Assembly (NCBI GenBank): GCA_020346465.1
Contig: CP070783.1
Location: 1,969,402-2,033,401, forward strand
DNA length: 64,000 nucleotides
Direction: 5' to 3'
Source of the DNA: Deltaproteobacteria bacterium
GTDB taxonomy: Bacteria > Desulfobacterota > Deferrimicrobia > Deferrimicrobiales > Deferrimicrobiaceae
In this document: in pieces, positions 22,700-31,739 of the stretch
How the letters are laid out: every line of letters starts with the position of its first letter
How positions within the stretch are numbered: the first letter of the stretch is position 1
Program-made: the position numbers and the translations under genes
The notes under the pieces: generated by a model
Database searches by the model: none
What the model saw: the letters and a program-made list of their open reading frames with translations, nothing else
What the model was told of the DNA's origin: nothing

Positions 22700-23294
22700 A
22701 TCCCGTCCTCCGTCCGACCTCCTCCGCCAGCGAATCGCGCAGGGAGGGCGAATGGCCGGTCCAGCGCTTTTCTACCGTGCCGCCTTTGTCCAGGAGCAGG
22801 ATGACGGGAACCTGGTCGATCCGGAACTGTTTCCGGAACGGTCCGGGCAGCGCCGTGAGGGTCGTCACCCGAACGCGGGTCGCATCGGAGGAGGCGGAGA
22901 GTGTGCCCGGTGTGGCCTCCGGATGGAGGGGGGGGACATCCCGGACACCCCCCTCCCCGTGGATCCTTTCCCGGTCGAACAGGATCCGGACCACGTGAAC
23001 GGAGTCCGGCGGAAACGTCGACGATGCGGATCCGAGAGCGTTCCAGGCATCGCTGCACGGGGGGCACCAGGGGGAGTCGATGAACACCAGGCGGATCGGT
23101 TCGGGCGAGGGGGGGAGGCCCGCCGTCTCTTTCCCCCCTTCGGCCAGGAACACCGGTTTCTCCGCGGGAAAGGGGATGGAGCCGACGGCGAAGCTCTTCC
23201 CTCCGCACCCTGCGAACAGGGAAAGGGCCGCCGCAAGGGCGAGGGCGTTCGCCGCATTCCTGCGTCCCGCCAGCGGGCAGCCTGTTCCGGTCAC
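22677..23294 (-). CDS. thioredoxin-fold lipoprotein, TlpA/ResA-like thiol-disulfide oxidoreductase
   Basis: Lipobox LSLFAGC, WCPPC active site; its 3' end overlaps the convergent rodA 3' end by 23 nt. Confidence 0.65.
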   Translation of the reverse strand: MTGTGCPLAGRRNAANALALAAALSLFAGCGGKSFAVGSIPFPAEKPVFLAEGGKETAGLPPSPEPIRLVFIDSPWCPPCSDAWNALGSASSTFPPDSVHVVRILFDRERIHGEGGVRDVPPLHPEATPGTLSASSDATRVRVTTLTALPGPFRKQFRIDQVPVILLLDKGGTVEKRWTGHSPSLRDSLAEEVGRRTGSTLPAGT

Positions 23295-23295
23295 A

Positions 23296-23634
23296 TCAAA
23301 GGTTTTTCTGGATCAGCTGGACGATGCTGTTCTTGGGATTGACCCCGACCATCTGCCCCTTGATCTGTCCTTCCTTGAACAGGATCAGGGTGGGGATTCC
23401 GCGAACCCCGAACTGCGACGCGATGTCCGGGCTGTCGTCCACGTTCAGCTTGCCCACCCGCACCTTCCCCTCGAATTCCTTCGCCACCTCTTCGAGAATG
23501 GGCGCGATCACCCGGCACGGGCCGCACCAGGGGGCCCAGAAATCGACCAGCACCGGGGTGGGGCCGGTTTCGATCGTCGTCTTGAAATTTCCGCTGTTGA
23601 GTTCCACTATGCTTCCGGCCATCGTTTCCTCCAT
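23296..23634 (-). CDS. trxA: thioredoxin
   Basis: VLVDFWAPWCGPCRVIAPILEE classic thioredoxin; start at 23634 or the internal ATG at 23622. Confidence 0.85.
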   Translation of the reverse strand: MEETMAGSIVELNSGNFKTTIETGPTPVLVDFWAPWCGPCRVIAPILEEVAKEFEGKVRVGKLNVDDSPDIASQFGVRGIPTLILFKEGQIKGQMVGVNPKNSIVQLIQKNL

Positions 23635-23676
23635 GCGCCCCCTTTCCGCGCCGAAGAGCCGGGACGCTCGGTTCGA

Positions 23677-24087
23677 TTATCTTCCCCGCCTTGCGAGCTC
23701 CTTCTTCACGCAGCGGTCCATCACCACCGGAATTCCCGCCGCGGCGAGCTCCTTCCGGGCCCGCTCGCTCACGATGCCCTCCTGCATCCAGAAGGACTTT
23801 GCCCCGATCCGGATTGCCTCCGAAGCGATCCCGGGCACGAACTCGGGCTTCCGGAACACGTCGACCAGGTCGACCGCGCCCGGAATCTCCGCCAGGGATC
23901 CGTACGATGGTTCTCCCAGCACCTCGCGGACATTCGGGTTGACCGGGATGATCCTGTACCCCCTCTTCTGGAGGTAGCGCGCCACGTCGTGGCTCGGCCG
24001 GTCGGGCCTGTCCGAAAGCCCAACAACGGCTACGGTTTTCGTCTCGGCCAGAATCCGGCCGATTACGTCTTCCAAGCGGGAGTCCAT
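23677..24087 (-). CDS. CoA-binding domain protein (YccU/YneT-like)
   Basis: TVAVVGLSDRPDRPSHDVARYLQKRGYRIIPVNP is a CoA-binding Rossmann-like signature. Confidence 0.65.
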   Translation of the reverse strand: MDSRLEDVIGRILAETKTVAVVGLSDRPDRPSHDVARYLQKRGYRIIPVNPNVREVLGEPSYGSLAEIPGAVDLVDVFRKPEFVPGIASEAIRIGAKSFWMQEGIVSERARKELAAAGIPVVMDRCVKKELARRGR

Positions 24088-24160
24088 TCCTGCCGACTTC
24101 AGATGCGTTTCATGCTACATCGGTTCCTTCCGAAAAGAAAGGTGGGCGGTTCGAGGTTTC

Positions 24161-24189
24161 TTGACACTCCGGGGAAAAAGCGGTTCAAT
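24161..24189 (+). promoter_or_regulatory. sigma-70-like promoter upstream of gmhA
   Basis: TTGACA at 24161-24166, 17-nt spacer, TTCAAT at 24184-24189, about 30 nt upstream of the GTG start. Confidence 0.4.
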
Positions 24190-24218
24190 TCTCTCTACCA
24201 TTCCCGGGGGGATTCCAC

Positions 24219-24800
24219 GTGAAGGAAGCGATCGCGAAGATGCTGAAGGAGGGGGCGGACCTGCGCCTCCGGATGATCGAAACGATGACCGGCGACATCC
24301 TGGACGCGGCGAAGACGATCGCCGAGGCCTTCAAGGCGGGGCGGAAGATTCTTCTCTTCGGCAACGGCGGGAGCGCCGCCGACGCCCAGCACATCGCGGC
24401 CGAGTTCATGAACCGCTTCCTGATCGAGCGGCCGCCCCTGCCCGCCATCGCCCTGACCACGGACACCTCCATTCTCACCAGCATCTCGAACGACTACTCC
24501 TTCGACGAGGTGTTCAGCAAGCAGATCAAGGCCCTCGGGAAGAAGGGGGACATCGCGTTCGGGATCAGCACGAGCGGGAACTCCCAGAACGTGCTCAAGG
24601 CGTTCCGGGTGGCAAAAAAGCAGGGGATGGTCACGATCGCGCTCTTGGGGGATGGGGGGAAGGCGGCTTCCCTCGCGGAAATCGCGCTCTGCGTTCCCTC
24701 CAAGATCACCCCGAGGATCCAGGAGGCGCACGTGGTGGTGGGACACATCCTGTGCGACCTCACGGACACCCTGCTGTTCCGCGAGGTCGGGAAGCGATGA
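24219..24800 (+). CDS. gmhA: phosphoheptose isomerase (SIS domain)
   Basis: SIS-domain motifs LLFGNGGSAADAQH, GISTSGNS and the QE.H glutamate/histidine pair typical of GmhA. Confidence 0.8.
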   Translation: MKEAIAKMLKEGADLRLRMIETMTGDILDAAKTIAEAFKAGRKILLFGNGGSAADAQHIAAEFMNRFLIERPPLPAIALTTDTSILTSISNDYSFDEVFSKQIKALGKKGDIAFGISTSGNSQNVLKAFRVAKKQGMVTIALLGDGGKAASLAEIALCVPSKITPRIQEAHVVVGHILCDLTDTLLFREVGKR

Positions 24801-25732
24801 GGGAGCTCGATCTCTCCCGCCTCCGGCGCACCTCCCTCCACGCCAGGAAGAGCAAGGTATCGTTCCGGGGATTCGCGGCCCCCGTCCGGAAAGGGATGTC
24901 CCTCGGCGCGTTTCTCGCCGGGCTCCCCGATTACCTGGCGGCCAGGGATTTCCGCGCGGTGGTGGACGCGGTGGCGCGGGCCAAGCGTCGGGGTGCGCCC
25001 GTTCTCCTCGGGATCGGGGCCCACTTCATCAAGGTGGGGCTTCCCCCGCTCCTTCTCCAGGGCCTGTCGGAACGTCTGTTTGACGGCGTCGCGATGAACG
25101 GCGCGGGGGTGATCCACGACGTGGAGCTTGCCCTGGCGGGAAGGACGTCGGAAGACGTGGCGGAGAGTCTGGAGGACGGCTCCTTCGGGATGGCCCGCGA
25201 GACGGCCCGCTTCATTCACTCGGCACTGGCGTCCGGCGTCGAAGAGGGACTCGGGTTCGGGTCCGCTGTCGGGAAGGCCCTTGCCGCGTCCCGCGCTCCC
25301 CACCGGGGCCGGTCCCTTCTGGCGGGGGCGTGGGAGCGGGGAGTTCCGGTGACGGTCCACGTGTGCATCGGGACGGACATCACCCACATGCACCCCGAGG
25401 CGGACGGCGCGGCGATGGGAGAGGCGTCGCTTCGGGATTTCCGCGCCTTCTGCGGACTGGTCTCCCGCCTGCAGGGGGGGGTCTATCTCAACGTCGGCTC
25501 GGCCGTGGTCCTCCCGGAGGTGTTTCTCAAGGCCGTGTCGGTCGCCCGGAACCTCGGGAAGCCCCTGTCGAGGATCACCACCGTGAACATGGATTTCCAG
25601 AAACTGTACCGCCCGGATGTCAACGTCGTGTCGCGGCCCACGCGCAAAGGCGGGAAAGGGGTCCACCTGATCGGGCCGCACGAGATCCTCTTCCCTCTCC
25701 TGATGGCCGCCGTGGCGGAAAGGATCGGGTGA
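24797..25732 (+). CDS. conserved hypothetical protein (function unknown), translationally coupled to gmhA
   Basis: 311-aa ORF with coding-like composition; ATG overlaps the gmhA stop (ATGA); motifs GIGAHFIKVG and VAMNGAGVIHD do not let me assign a family. Confidence 0.5.
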   Translation: MRELDLSRLRRTSLHARKSKVSFRGFAAPVRKGMSLGAFLAGLPDYLAARDFRAVVDAVARAKRRGAPVLLGIGAHFIKVGLPPLLLQGLSERLFDGVAMNGAGVIHDVELALAGRTSEDVAESLEDGSFGMARETARFIHSALASGVEEGLGFGSAVGKALAASRAPHRGRSLLAGAWERGVPVTVHVCIGTDITHMHPEADGAAMGEASLRDFRAFCGLVSRLQGGVYLNVGSAVVLPEVFLKAVSVARNLGKPLSRITTVNMDFQKLYRPDVNVVSRPTRKGGKGVHLIGPHEILFPLLMAAVAERIG

Positions 25733-25754
25733 TCCCGCCCCCCGTGCCGCGGGG

Positions 25755-26456
25755 TCAGAGGGAAGTCTCCTCCCCGGGGCCGAGGACGACCACCCGCGTC
25801 CCCGGCACGTTCTTCTTCATCTCCGCGACGAAGCGGTCCGCGTTCGGTTCCAGGATCGGGAACGTTCCGAAGTGCATCGGGATGACCGTCTTCGCCTTCA
25901 GCAGGTCGGCCGCCTTCGCCGCCTGGCGGTAATCCATCGTGAACACCGAGCCGATCGGCAGCAGGGCCACGTCGATCGGGTACAGTTCGCCGATGAGCGC
26001 CATGCCGGCGAAAATGCCCGTGTCCCCCGCGTGGTAGACGGTCTTGCCGGAGGGGGTCTGGATGACGTAGCCCACCGGCGAGCCGAGCGTGCAGGAGTGC
26101 CTCGCCTCCGTCATCGTGAAGGAGAAGCCGTCAAGGACCACGGTGCCGCCCACGTTCATTCCGATCCCTCCGTGCAGGAGCCGGGACTCGGGAACGCCTT
26201 TCGCCTTCAGGTCGCCGACCAGCTCGAAGATCCCGACCACGAGGGCGCCCGTCTGTCCGGCGAGCGCGGCGGCGTCGGCCGCGTGGTCGAAGTGGTCGTG
26301 CGTGAGGAGCAGGAACTCCGCGGTTCCCACCTCCTCCGGGCCGCAGGGCGCGGTCGGGTTTCCCTCGAACCACGGGTCGATCAGCACGGTCTTGCCGGAG
26401 GGGTCCTGAAGGGAAAAGCCGGAGTGGCCGAACCAGCGGATCTTGACGGGCGGCAT
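25755..26456 (-). CDS. MBL-fold metal-dependent hydrolase (UPF0173 family)
   Basis: HxHxDH beta-lactamase-fold motif (LLLTHDHFDH), 233 aa. Confidence 0.7.
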   Translation of the reverse strand: MPPVKIRWFGHSGFSLQDPSGKTVLIDPWFEGNPTAPCGPEEVGTAEFLLLTHDHFDHAADAAALAGQTGALVVGIFELVGDLKAKGVPESRLLHGGIGMNVGGTVVLDGFSFTMTEARHSCTLGSPVGYVIQTPSGKTVYHAGDTGIFAGMALIGELYPIDVALLPIGSVFTMDYRQAAKAADLLKAKTVIPMHFGTFPILEPNADRFVAEMKKNVPGTRVVVLGPGEETSL

Positions 26457-26615
26457 CGGAACCTCCTGTCCGAAGGTGTGCGGTGCGGGCGTCCTGTCCT
26501 ACAACTTTATACAGGCCCCGCCGCACCGCCGTAAAGGAAGAAATGACGTCTTCCTCTTCCTTGCACGCCGTGTAAGATAAAGCAAAGAACGACGCATTGC
26601 GCGGGAAGGGATCCG

Positions 26616-27671
26616 ATGGCCGAACCCAGATCTCCGGGAGGGGAGCCGCTGGTCCATGTGGTGGTTCCCAACCGGGTCGACCTTGCGGGCGGGACTCTCG
26701 ACATCTTTCCCCTCTATCTTCTCGTTCCGGGCGCGATGACCGTCAACGCGGCGATCCGCATGGAGAGCATCGTCTCGGTCCGCCCCGTTGGCGGCCCTTC
26801 CCGCCTCGTTTCCGATTCCTTCTCCCGCCGTTCGGAGGCCCCGGACACGCACGGCTTCCCGACGAGAGGGGAGTTCGGCCTGGTCGCTGCGGCCCTTCGG
26901 CGCTTCCCGCCCCGGGCCGGGATCGAACTCCGGTTCCGCAACGAGGCGCCCGTCGGATCCGGGATCGGGGCGTCGTCCTCCCTTCTGGTCGCGGTGATGC
27001 TGGCGATGAACTGCCTGTCGGGGGGGCGGAAGACATGGAGGGAAGCGGCGCGGGAGGCGATGGAGATCGAGGGCGCCTATCTCCGGAATCTCACCGGCAC
27101 CCAGGATCATATCGCCGCGCTGCGCGGCGGGATCCAGGGGATCCGGTACCACCCGGGCCGGACGGAGGCGGAGAGGATCGGGCCGGGAAGCCCCGCCGGG
27201 CGAACGCTCGAGGCGCACGGGTTTCTGGCGGGCACGGGGAAGTCCCACTTCTCCGCGGGGCTGAACTGGCGGATGATCCGGGGGGCGATCGACGGGAATC
27301 CCGAGGTGCTCAGGAGATTCCGCGGGATCGCGGCGGCCGCGCGGGATGCGTGGGAGGCCGTCTCCGGGGGAGAGATCCTCCGGGTCGGGAAGGCCGTCGA
27401 TCGGGAGTGGGCGATCCGCAGGACGCTCGCCCGGGGCATCTCCACGAGGTCGGTGGATGGACTGTTCTCCTCCCCCGAATTCCGGGGGCGGGTGTCGGGG
27501 GCGAAGCTTTGCGGCGCCGGGGGGGGAGGGATGGTGTTCGGCCTGCTCCGCGACCCGGGGGACCGGGAGGAGGTGGATCGGATGCTCGCCCGCCGCGGAT
27601 TCCCCCCCGTTCCGTTCCGGATCTCCGCGGGCCCGCGGGTCACGGTCGCGGGAGGAACCGGTGTCCGCTGA
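26616..27671 (+). CDS. GHMP-family sugar kinase (possibly heptose-7-phosphate kinase HddA-like)
   Basis: GHMP ATP-binding motif PVGSGIGASSSLLVAV; C-terminal GAKLCGAGGGG; near gmhA. Confidence 0.7.
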   Translation: MAEPRSPGGEPLVHVVVPNRVDLAGGTLDIFPLYLLVPGAMTVNAAIRMESIVSVRPVGGPSRLVSDSFSRRSEAPDTHGFPTRGEFGLVAAALRRFPPRAGIELRFRNEAPVGSGIGASSSLLVAVMLAMNCLSGGRKTWREAAREAMEIEGAYLRNLTGTQDHIAALRGGIQGIRYHPGRTEAERIGPGSPAGRTLEAHGFLAGTGKSHFSAGLNWRMIRGAIDGNPEVLRRFRGIAAAARDAWEAVSGGEILRVGKAVDREWAIRRTLARGISTRSVDGLFSSPEFRGRVSGAKLCGAGGGGMVFGLLRDPGDREEVDRMLARRGFPPVPFRISAGPRVTVAGGTGVR

Positions 27672-29037
27672 GCGGTCGGCCGTCTGGGACGCCGTCATCG
27701 TCGGGGCGGGGCCCGCCGGCCTGTTCGCGGCAAGGGCGCTTGCCGGGAAGCTGCGCGTTCTTGTCCTGGAGGAGAAGGGCCGCACCGGCGGCGCGGGGGC
27801 CATGACCGACGGCAAGCTGAACCTCTCCCCGCACATCGGTCTCGACCTCTCCGAGCTGGGCATGACGGAGGCCGAGGCCGAGGAGCGGATCGCGAGGGTC
27901 GACGAGGTGTTTCTGGAGCACGGGGCCGACCGCACCCTGTACGGGGTGGACGCCGAGCGGATCGGCTGGTGGCTGGACCGGGTCTCCTGGGTGCGGCACC
28001 GGACCGCCAAGGGGTTCTGGGACATCACGCTTCTTCCCGCGCGGCAGAGGCACATGGGGACCGACCTCGCCCACCGCGTCGTCGCCCGGATGACCGAGGC
28101 GTTCCGGGGGAAGGGGGTCGCGTTCTCGCTCCGCACGCGGGTCACGGACATCCGGCGATGCGACGACGGGCGGTTCCTCGTGCGAAGCGCGAAGGGGGAG
28201 TTCCTCTCCCGGTACGTGCTGGCGGCCCCGGGCAGGGAGGGCGCCTACTGGTTCCGGGAGGTCGCCCGCGCGATCGGGGCCAGGACGCGGTACGGAGCCA
28301 TCGACATCGGGTGCCGTGTCGAAGTGGCGCAGGCGGTGTACGACGAGATCACGCAGGTCCTGTACGACCCCAAGTTCCTCTTCGTCACGCCCACCCACGG
28401 CGACCGGACCCGTACCTTCTGCACCAATCCCGGCGGGAGGGTCCGGGTGGAAATGAGGAACGGGTACCGGCTGGTGAACGGGGACGCGCTGAAACGGAGA
28501 AAGACGCCGAACAGCAATTTCGCGATCCTCAACACCGTCTCGATGACCGAGCCGATCCAGGACACGACGGAGATGGGCCGCAAGGTGATGGAGTTCGCGA
28601 ACTTCTGGGGCGGCGGGGACAGCCTGGTCGTCCAGCGCTGGGGGGACCTCACGGCGGGAAGGCGCTCCCGGCCCGAGACGTTCCACTCGGCCGCCCTCGG
28701 GTACGACAAGATGGTTCCGACCCTTTCCCCCGGACCGGGGGTGACGCCGGGGGACATCTCCTACGCCTACCCGGGGCGGATCGTCGACAACCTGAGGGAC
28801 AGCCTGCTTCTTCTCTCGCGCGTCATCCCGGGCGTGGCGCACCCCTCCACGACGGTGTACGTCCCCGAGATCAAGTTCTACGACACGAAGTACGAAACCG
28901 ACCGGTACCTCGAGACCAACGTCCCGAACCTCTTCGTGTCCGGGGACGGCGTGGGGAAGTCCCGGGGAATCGTGGGCGCCGCGCTCAACGGCATGCTCGC
29001 CGCGGAGGGGATTCTGCGGAAGGAGGGGAAAGGGTAG
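27661..29037 (+). CDS. FAD-dependent oxidoreductase (COG2509-like uncharacterised FAD dehydrogenase)
   Basis: N-terminal dinucleotide fold DAVIVGAGPAGLFAA; GTG start overlaps the kinase stop. Confidence 0.65.
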   Translation: MSAERSAVWDAVIVGAGPAGLFAARALAGKLRVLVLEEKGRTGGAGAMTDGKLNLSPHIGLDLSELGMTEAEAEERIARVDEVFLEHGADRTLYGVDAERIGWWLDRVSWVRHRTAKGFWDITLLPARQRHMGTDLAHRVVARMTEAFRGKGVAFSLRTRVTDIRRCDDGRFLVRSAKGEFLSRYVLAAPGREGAYWFREVARAIGARTRYGAIDIGCRVEVAQAVYDEITQVLYDPKFLFVTPTHGDRTRTFCTNPGGRVRVEMRNGYRLVNGDALKRRKTPNSNFAILNTVSMTEPIQDTTEMGRKVMEFANFWGGGDSLVVQRWGDLTAGRRSRPETFHSAALGYDKMVPTLSPGPGVTPGDISYAYPGRIVDNLRDSLLLLSRVIPGVAHPSTTVYVPEIKFYDTKYETDRYLETNVPNLFVSGDGVGKSRGIVGAALNGMLAAEGILRKEGKG

Positions 29038-29056
29038 ATCGGCCGGACGGGGGAGA

Positions 29057-30061
29057 TCATCTCCCCACGGTCAGCACGCCCGTTCCCTGGAGCTTGTCGG
29101 CTTTCAGCAGCTGGAGCGCCCGGTTGGCCTCTTCGAGCGGGAACAGGGCGATCTCCGGGCGGAGGGGGATCTCCGCCGCCTCCCGGAGCAGCTCCTCCCC
29201 GTCCTGCCGCGTGTTGGCCGTGACGCTCCGGACGTTCTTCTCGTAGAAGAGGCACTCCTCGTACCGCATCGACGGGATGTCGCTCATGTGGATGCCGGCG
29301 AGCGACAGGGTTCCCCCCTTTTTCAGCTTCCTCAGCGCCTTGGGGACCAGTTCCCCCGCCGGGGCGAAGAGGATCGCCGAGTCGGCGGGCGCCGGCATCT
29401 CCTCGGGATTCTCGCCCGCCCAGGAAGCACCCATCCGTTTTGCGAGTTCCCGGTGCTTCTCGCTGCGGGTGCAGACGAGGACCTCGCACCCCCGGTGCAG
29501 GGCGATCTGGATCACGATGTGGGCGGACGACCCGAAGCCGTAGATCGCCAGCGTTCCCCCCCGGGGGAGGTCGGCCCTGCGCAGCGCGCGGAACCCGATG
29601 ATCCCCGCGCACAGAAGCGGGGCGGCCTCGGCGTCCCGAAAGGCGGAGGGAAGAGGATAGGCGAACGCCTCCGGAACGACCGCGTACTCGGCGAAGCCGC
29701 CGTCGCGGTGATACCCCGTGAACACCGGCCGGTCGCACAGGTTTTCCCTGCCCGCCGCGCAGAACGCGCATTCCCCGCAGGTCCGCGCAAGCCACGCGAT
29801 GCCCACCCGGGCCCCGCGCGGGAACCGGGACGCCCCGGCCCCGGCGGCATCCACCGTTCCCACCGCCTGGTGCCCCGGAATCAGCGGCATACGGCGGACC
29901 GGCAGGTCCCCTTCGATGACGTGAAGATCCGTCCGGCAGATCGCGCAGGCGGAAACCTTCACCCGGATCTCTCCGGGGCCGGGAGCCGGGTCCGGGAGGT
30001 CCGTCAGGAGGAGGGGGGAGGTTTCGACCGGCCCCCTCTCCGGAAGCAGCATCGCTCTCAT
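29057..30061 (-). CDS. zinc-dependent alcohol dehydrogenase
   Basis: Catalytic Zn ligands CAICRTDLHV and structural Zn CxxCxxC (CGECAFCAAGRENLC), Rossmann GFGSSAH. Confidence 0.8.
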   Translation of the reverse strand: MRAMLLPERGPVETSPLLLTDLPDPAPGPGEIRVKVSACAICRTDLHVIEGDLPVRRMPLIPGHQAVGTVDAAGAGASRFPRGARVGIAWLARTCGECAFCAAGRENLCDRPVFTGYHRDGGFAEYAVVPEAFAYPLPSAFRDAEAAPLLCAGIIGFRALRRADLPRGGTLAIYGFGSSAHIVIQIALHRGCEVLVCTRSEKHRELAKRMGASWAGENPEEMPAPADSAILFAPAGELVPKALRKLKKGGTLSLAGIHMSDIPSMRYEECLFYEKNVRSVTANTRQDGEELLREAAEIPLRPEIALFPLEEANRALQLLKADKLQGTGVLTVGR

Positions 30062-30717
30062 TCCCGGAAGTCCGCGGGATTGAGGATCCGGTACCCCGCC
30101 TTCTGGATGGCCTTCCGGATCGGTTCCACGTGGAGGGTCGCGATCCGGAAGAAGACGGCCCGGGTGCCCGGCTCGGTGTGGCCGGTCGTCAGGACGCTCG
30201 TGACGTTCACGTGGAAGGATTTGATGATGGTCATGACCTCGGCCAGGGAGCCCGGGACGTCGGGGACCACGACTTCCAGACGGCTGCTGATCTCGCCGAT
30301 CCCCAGCGCCTCGATGAACGCCTTGAGGACGTCCGTCCTCGTGATGATCCCGGCCACGGTTCCCTCGTCGTCTACAACCGGGAGGGCGTTGACCCGGAAA
30401 TCGTGCAGGAGGACGATCGCATCCTCGAGGGAGTCGTTGACCGTTGCGGTGACCACCTTCCGGGTCATGACCTTCTCCACGGTGGTGCTTGCCAGCATCT
30501 CCTCCATCTCCTTCTCCGAGGAGCCGGGAAGGAGCCCCACGGGAAGGGTCGCCTCCCGGATGTCCCTGTCCGACAGGATGCCGACGAGCTTGTTCCCCTC
30601 GCCGGTGACCGGGAGCTGGCGCACGTTTTGCCCGCGCATCAGGCGGCGCGCCTCCTGGAGGGAGGCGGAGGGGGAAATCGTTGCGACGGCCCGCTGCATT
30701 CTTCGGGTGATGAACAT
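30058..30717 (-). CDS. CBS-pair plus ACT domain protein (AcuB-like)
   Basis: Two CBS motifs (VRQLPVTGEGNKLVGILSDRDI; ALPVVDDEGTVAGIITRTDV) followed by an ACT-like C-terminal domain; start overlaps the ADH gene. Confidence 0.7.
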   Translation of the reverse strand: MFITRRMQRAVATISPSASLQEARRLMRGQNVRQLPVTGEGNKLVGILSDRDIREATLPVGLLPGSSEKEMEEMLASTTVEKVMTRKVVTATVNDSLEDAIVLLHDFRVNALPVVDDEGTVAGIITRTDVLKAFIEALGIGEISSRLEVVVPDVPGSLAEVMTIIKSFHVNVTSVLTTGHTEPGTRAVFFRIATLHVEPIRKAIQKAGYRILNPADFRE

Positions 30718-30742
30718 GAGAGCGTCCTCCGGTTTGCCGGGT

Positions 30743-31693
30743 TCAGTCCTTCTGGAGTTCCCGGATGTGGATTTCCGTGCAATGCGTGAGAGACTCCGTT
30801 TCGTACCCTCCCTCGAGCAGGGAGACGATCTTTCCGCCGCAGTACCGGTTCGCGAGCTCGACGGCGAACCTCGACAGGAACCGGAACCCCTCTCCCGTGA
30901 GCTGGATGTCGGCCATCGGGTCGTCGCGGTGCGCGTCGAACCCGGAGGAGATCACGAGGAACTCCGGGCGGAAGCTCTCCGCCGCGGGGGCGAGCATCTG
31001 CTCGAACGTCTGCCGGTACTCCTCATCCCCTGCGCCCGGCGCCATCGGGGCGTTGAGGGTCGTCCCCTCCCCCTCCCCCTTCCCCGTCTCCCACCGCCGC
31101 CCCGTGCCGGGGTAGAGGAAGGCGGGGTTCTCGTGGATGCTGAAGAAGAACACCGACGGGTCCTCCCAGAAGATGGCCTGGGTCCCGTTCCCGTGGTGGA
31201 CATCCCAGTCGATGATCATCACCTTGGAGACGCCATGGTTCGCCTGGAGGAAGCGGGCGGTGATCGCCGCGTTGTTGAGGAGGCAGAACCCCATCCCCTC
31301 GGATCGTCCGGCGTGATGCCCGGGGGGACGCACGGCGCAGAACGCCCGGTCGGCGTTCCCGGTTGCGACGGCCTCGGCCCCCGCGATGGCTCCCGCCGCC
31401 GAAAGGAGGGCGATCAGGTAGGAGTGCTTGTTCAGGTAGGTGTCCTCGGTGTCGAGAAAGATGTCCCCCCGGCGGCACGACATTTCCAGCCTCCGCAGAT
31501 ACTCGGGGTCGTGAACGCGAAGAATGACGCCGTCTCCCGGGTATTCCGGGGCGATCGGCGAAAGCGTCTCGAGGAGCCCGACGCGCTGGAGATGGTCGTT
31601 GATCGCGATCAGGCGGCCGGGGGATTCCGGGTGTTCGAAGGGCGGGGCGTGCAGCAGATAATCCGGATGGTAGACATACGCGACGTTTTTCAT
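30743..31693 (-). CDS. histone deacetylase-family amidohydrolase (AcuC-like)
   Basis: HDAC motifs AFCAVRPPGHHAG, IIDWDVHHGNGTQ and EGGY; start chosen at MKNVAYVYHPDY (31693) because the further upstream ORF-track extension runs through an AT-rich promoter island. Confidence 0.8.
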   Translation of the reverse strand: MKNVAYVYHPDYLLHAPPFEHPESPGRLIAINDHLQRVGLLETLSPIAPEYPGDGVILRVHDPEYLRRLEMSCRRGDIFLDTEDTYLNKHSYLIALLSAAGAIAGAEAVATGNADRAFCAVRPPGHHAGRSEGMGFCLLNNAAITARFLQANHGVSKVMIIDWDVHHGNGTQAIFWEDPSVFFFSIHENPAFLYPGTGRRWETGKGEGEGTTLNAPMAPGAGDEEYRQTFEQMLAPAAESFRPEFLVISSGFDAHRDDPMADIQLTGEGFRFLSRFAVELANRYCGGKIVSLLEGGYETESLTHCTEIHIRELQKD

Positions 31694-31739
31694 CGGAACC
31701 CCGGCGCATAATTTTATCACATCGGATATATTGATAGGC

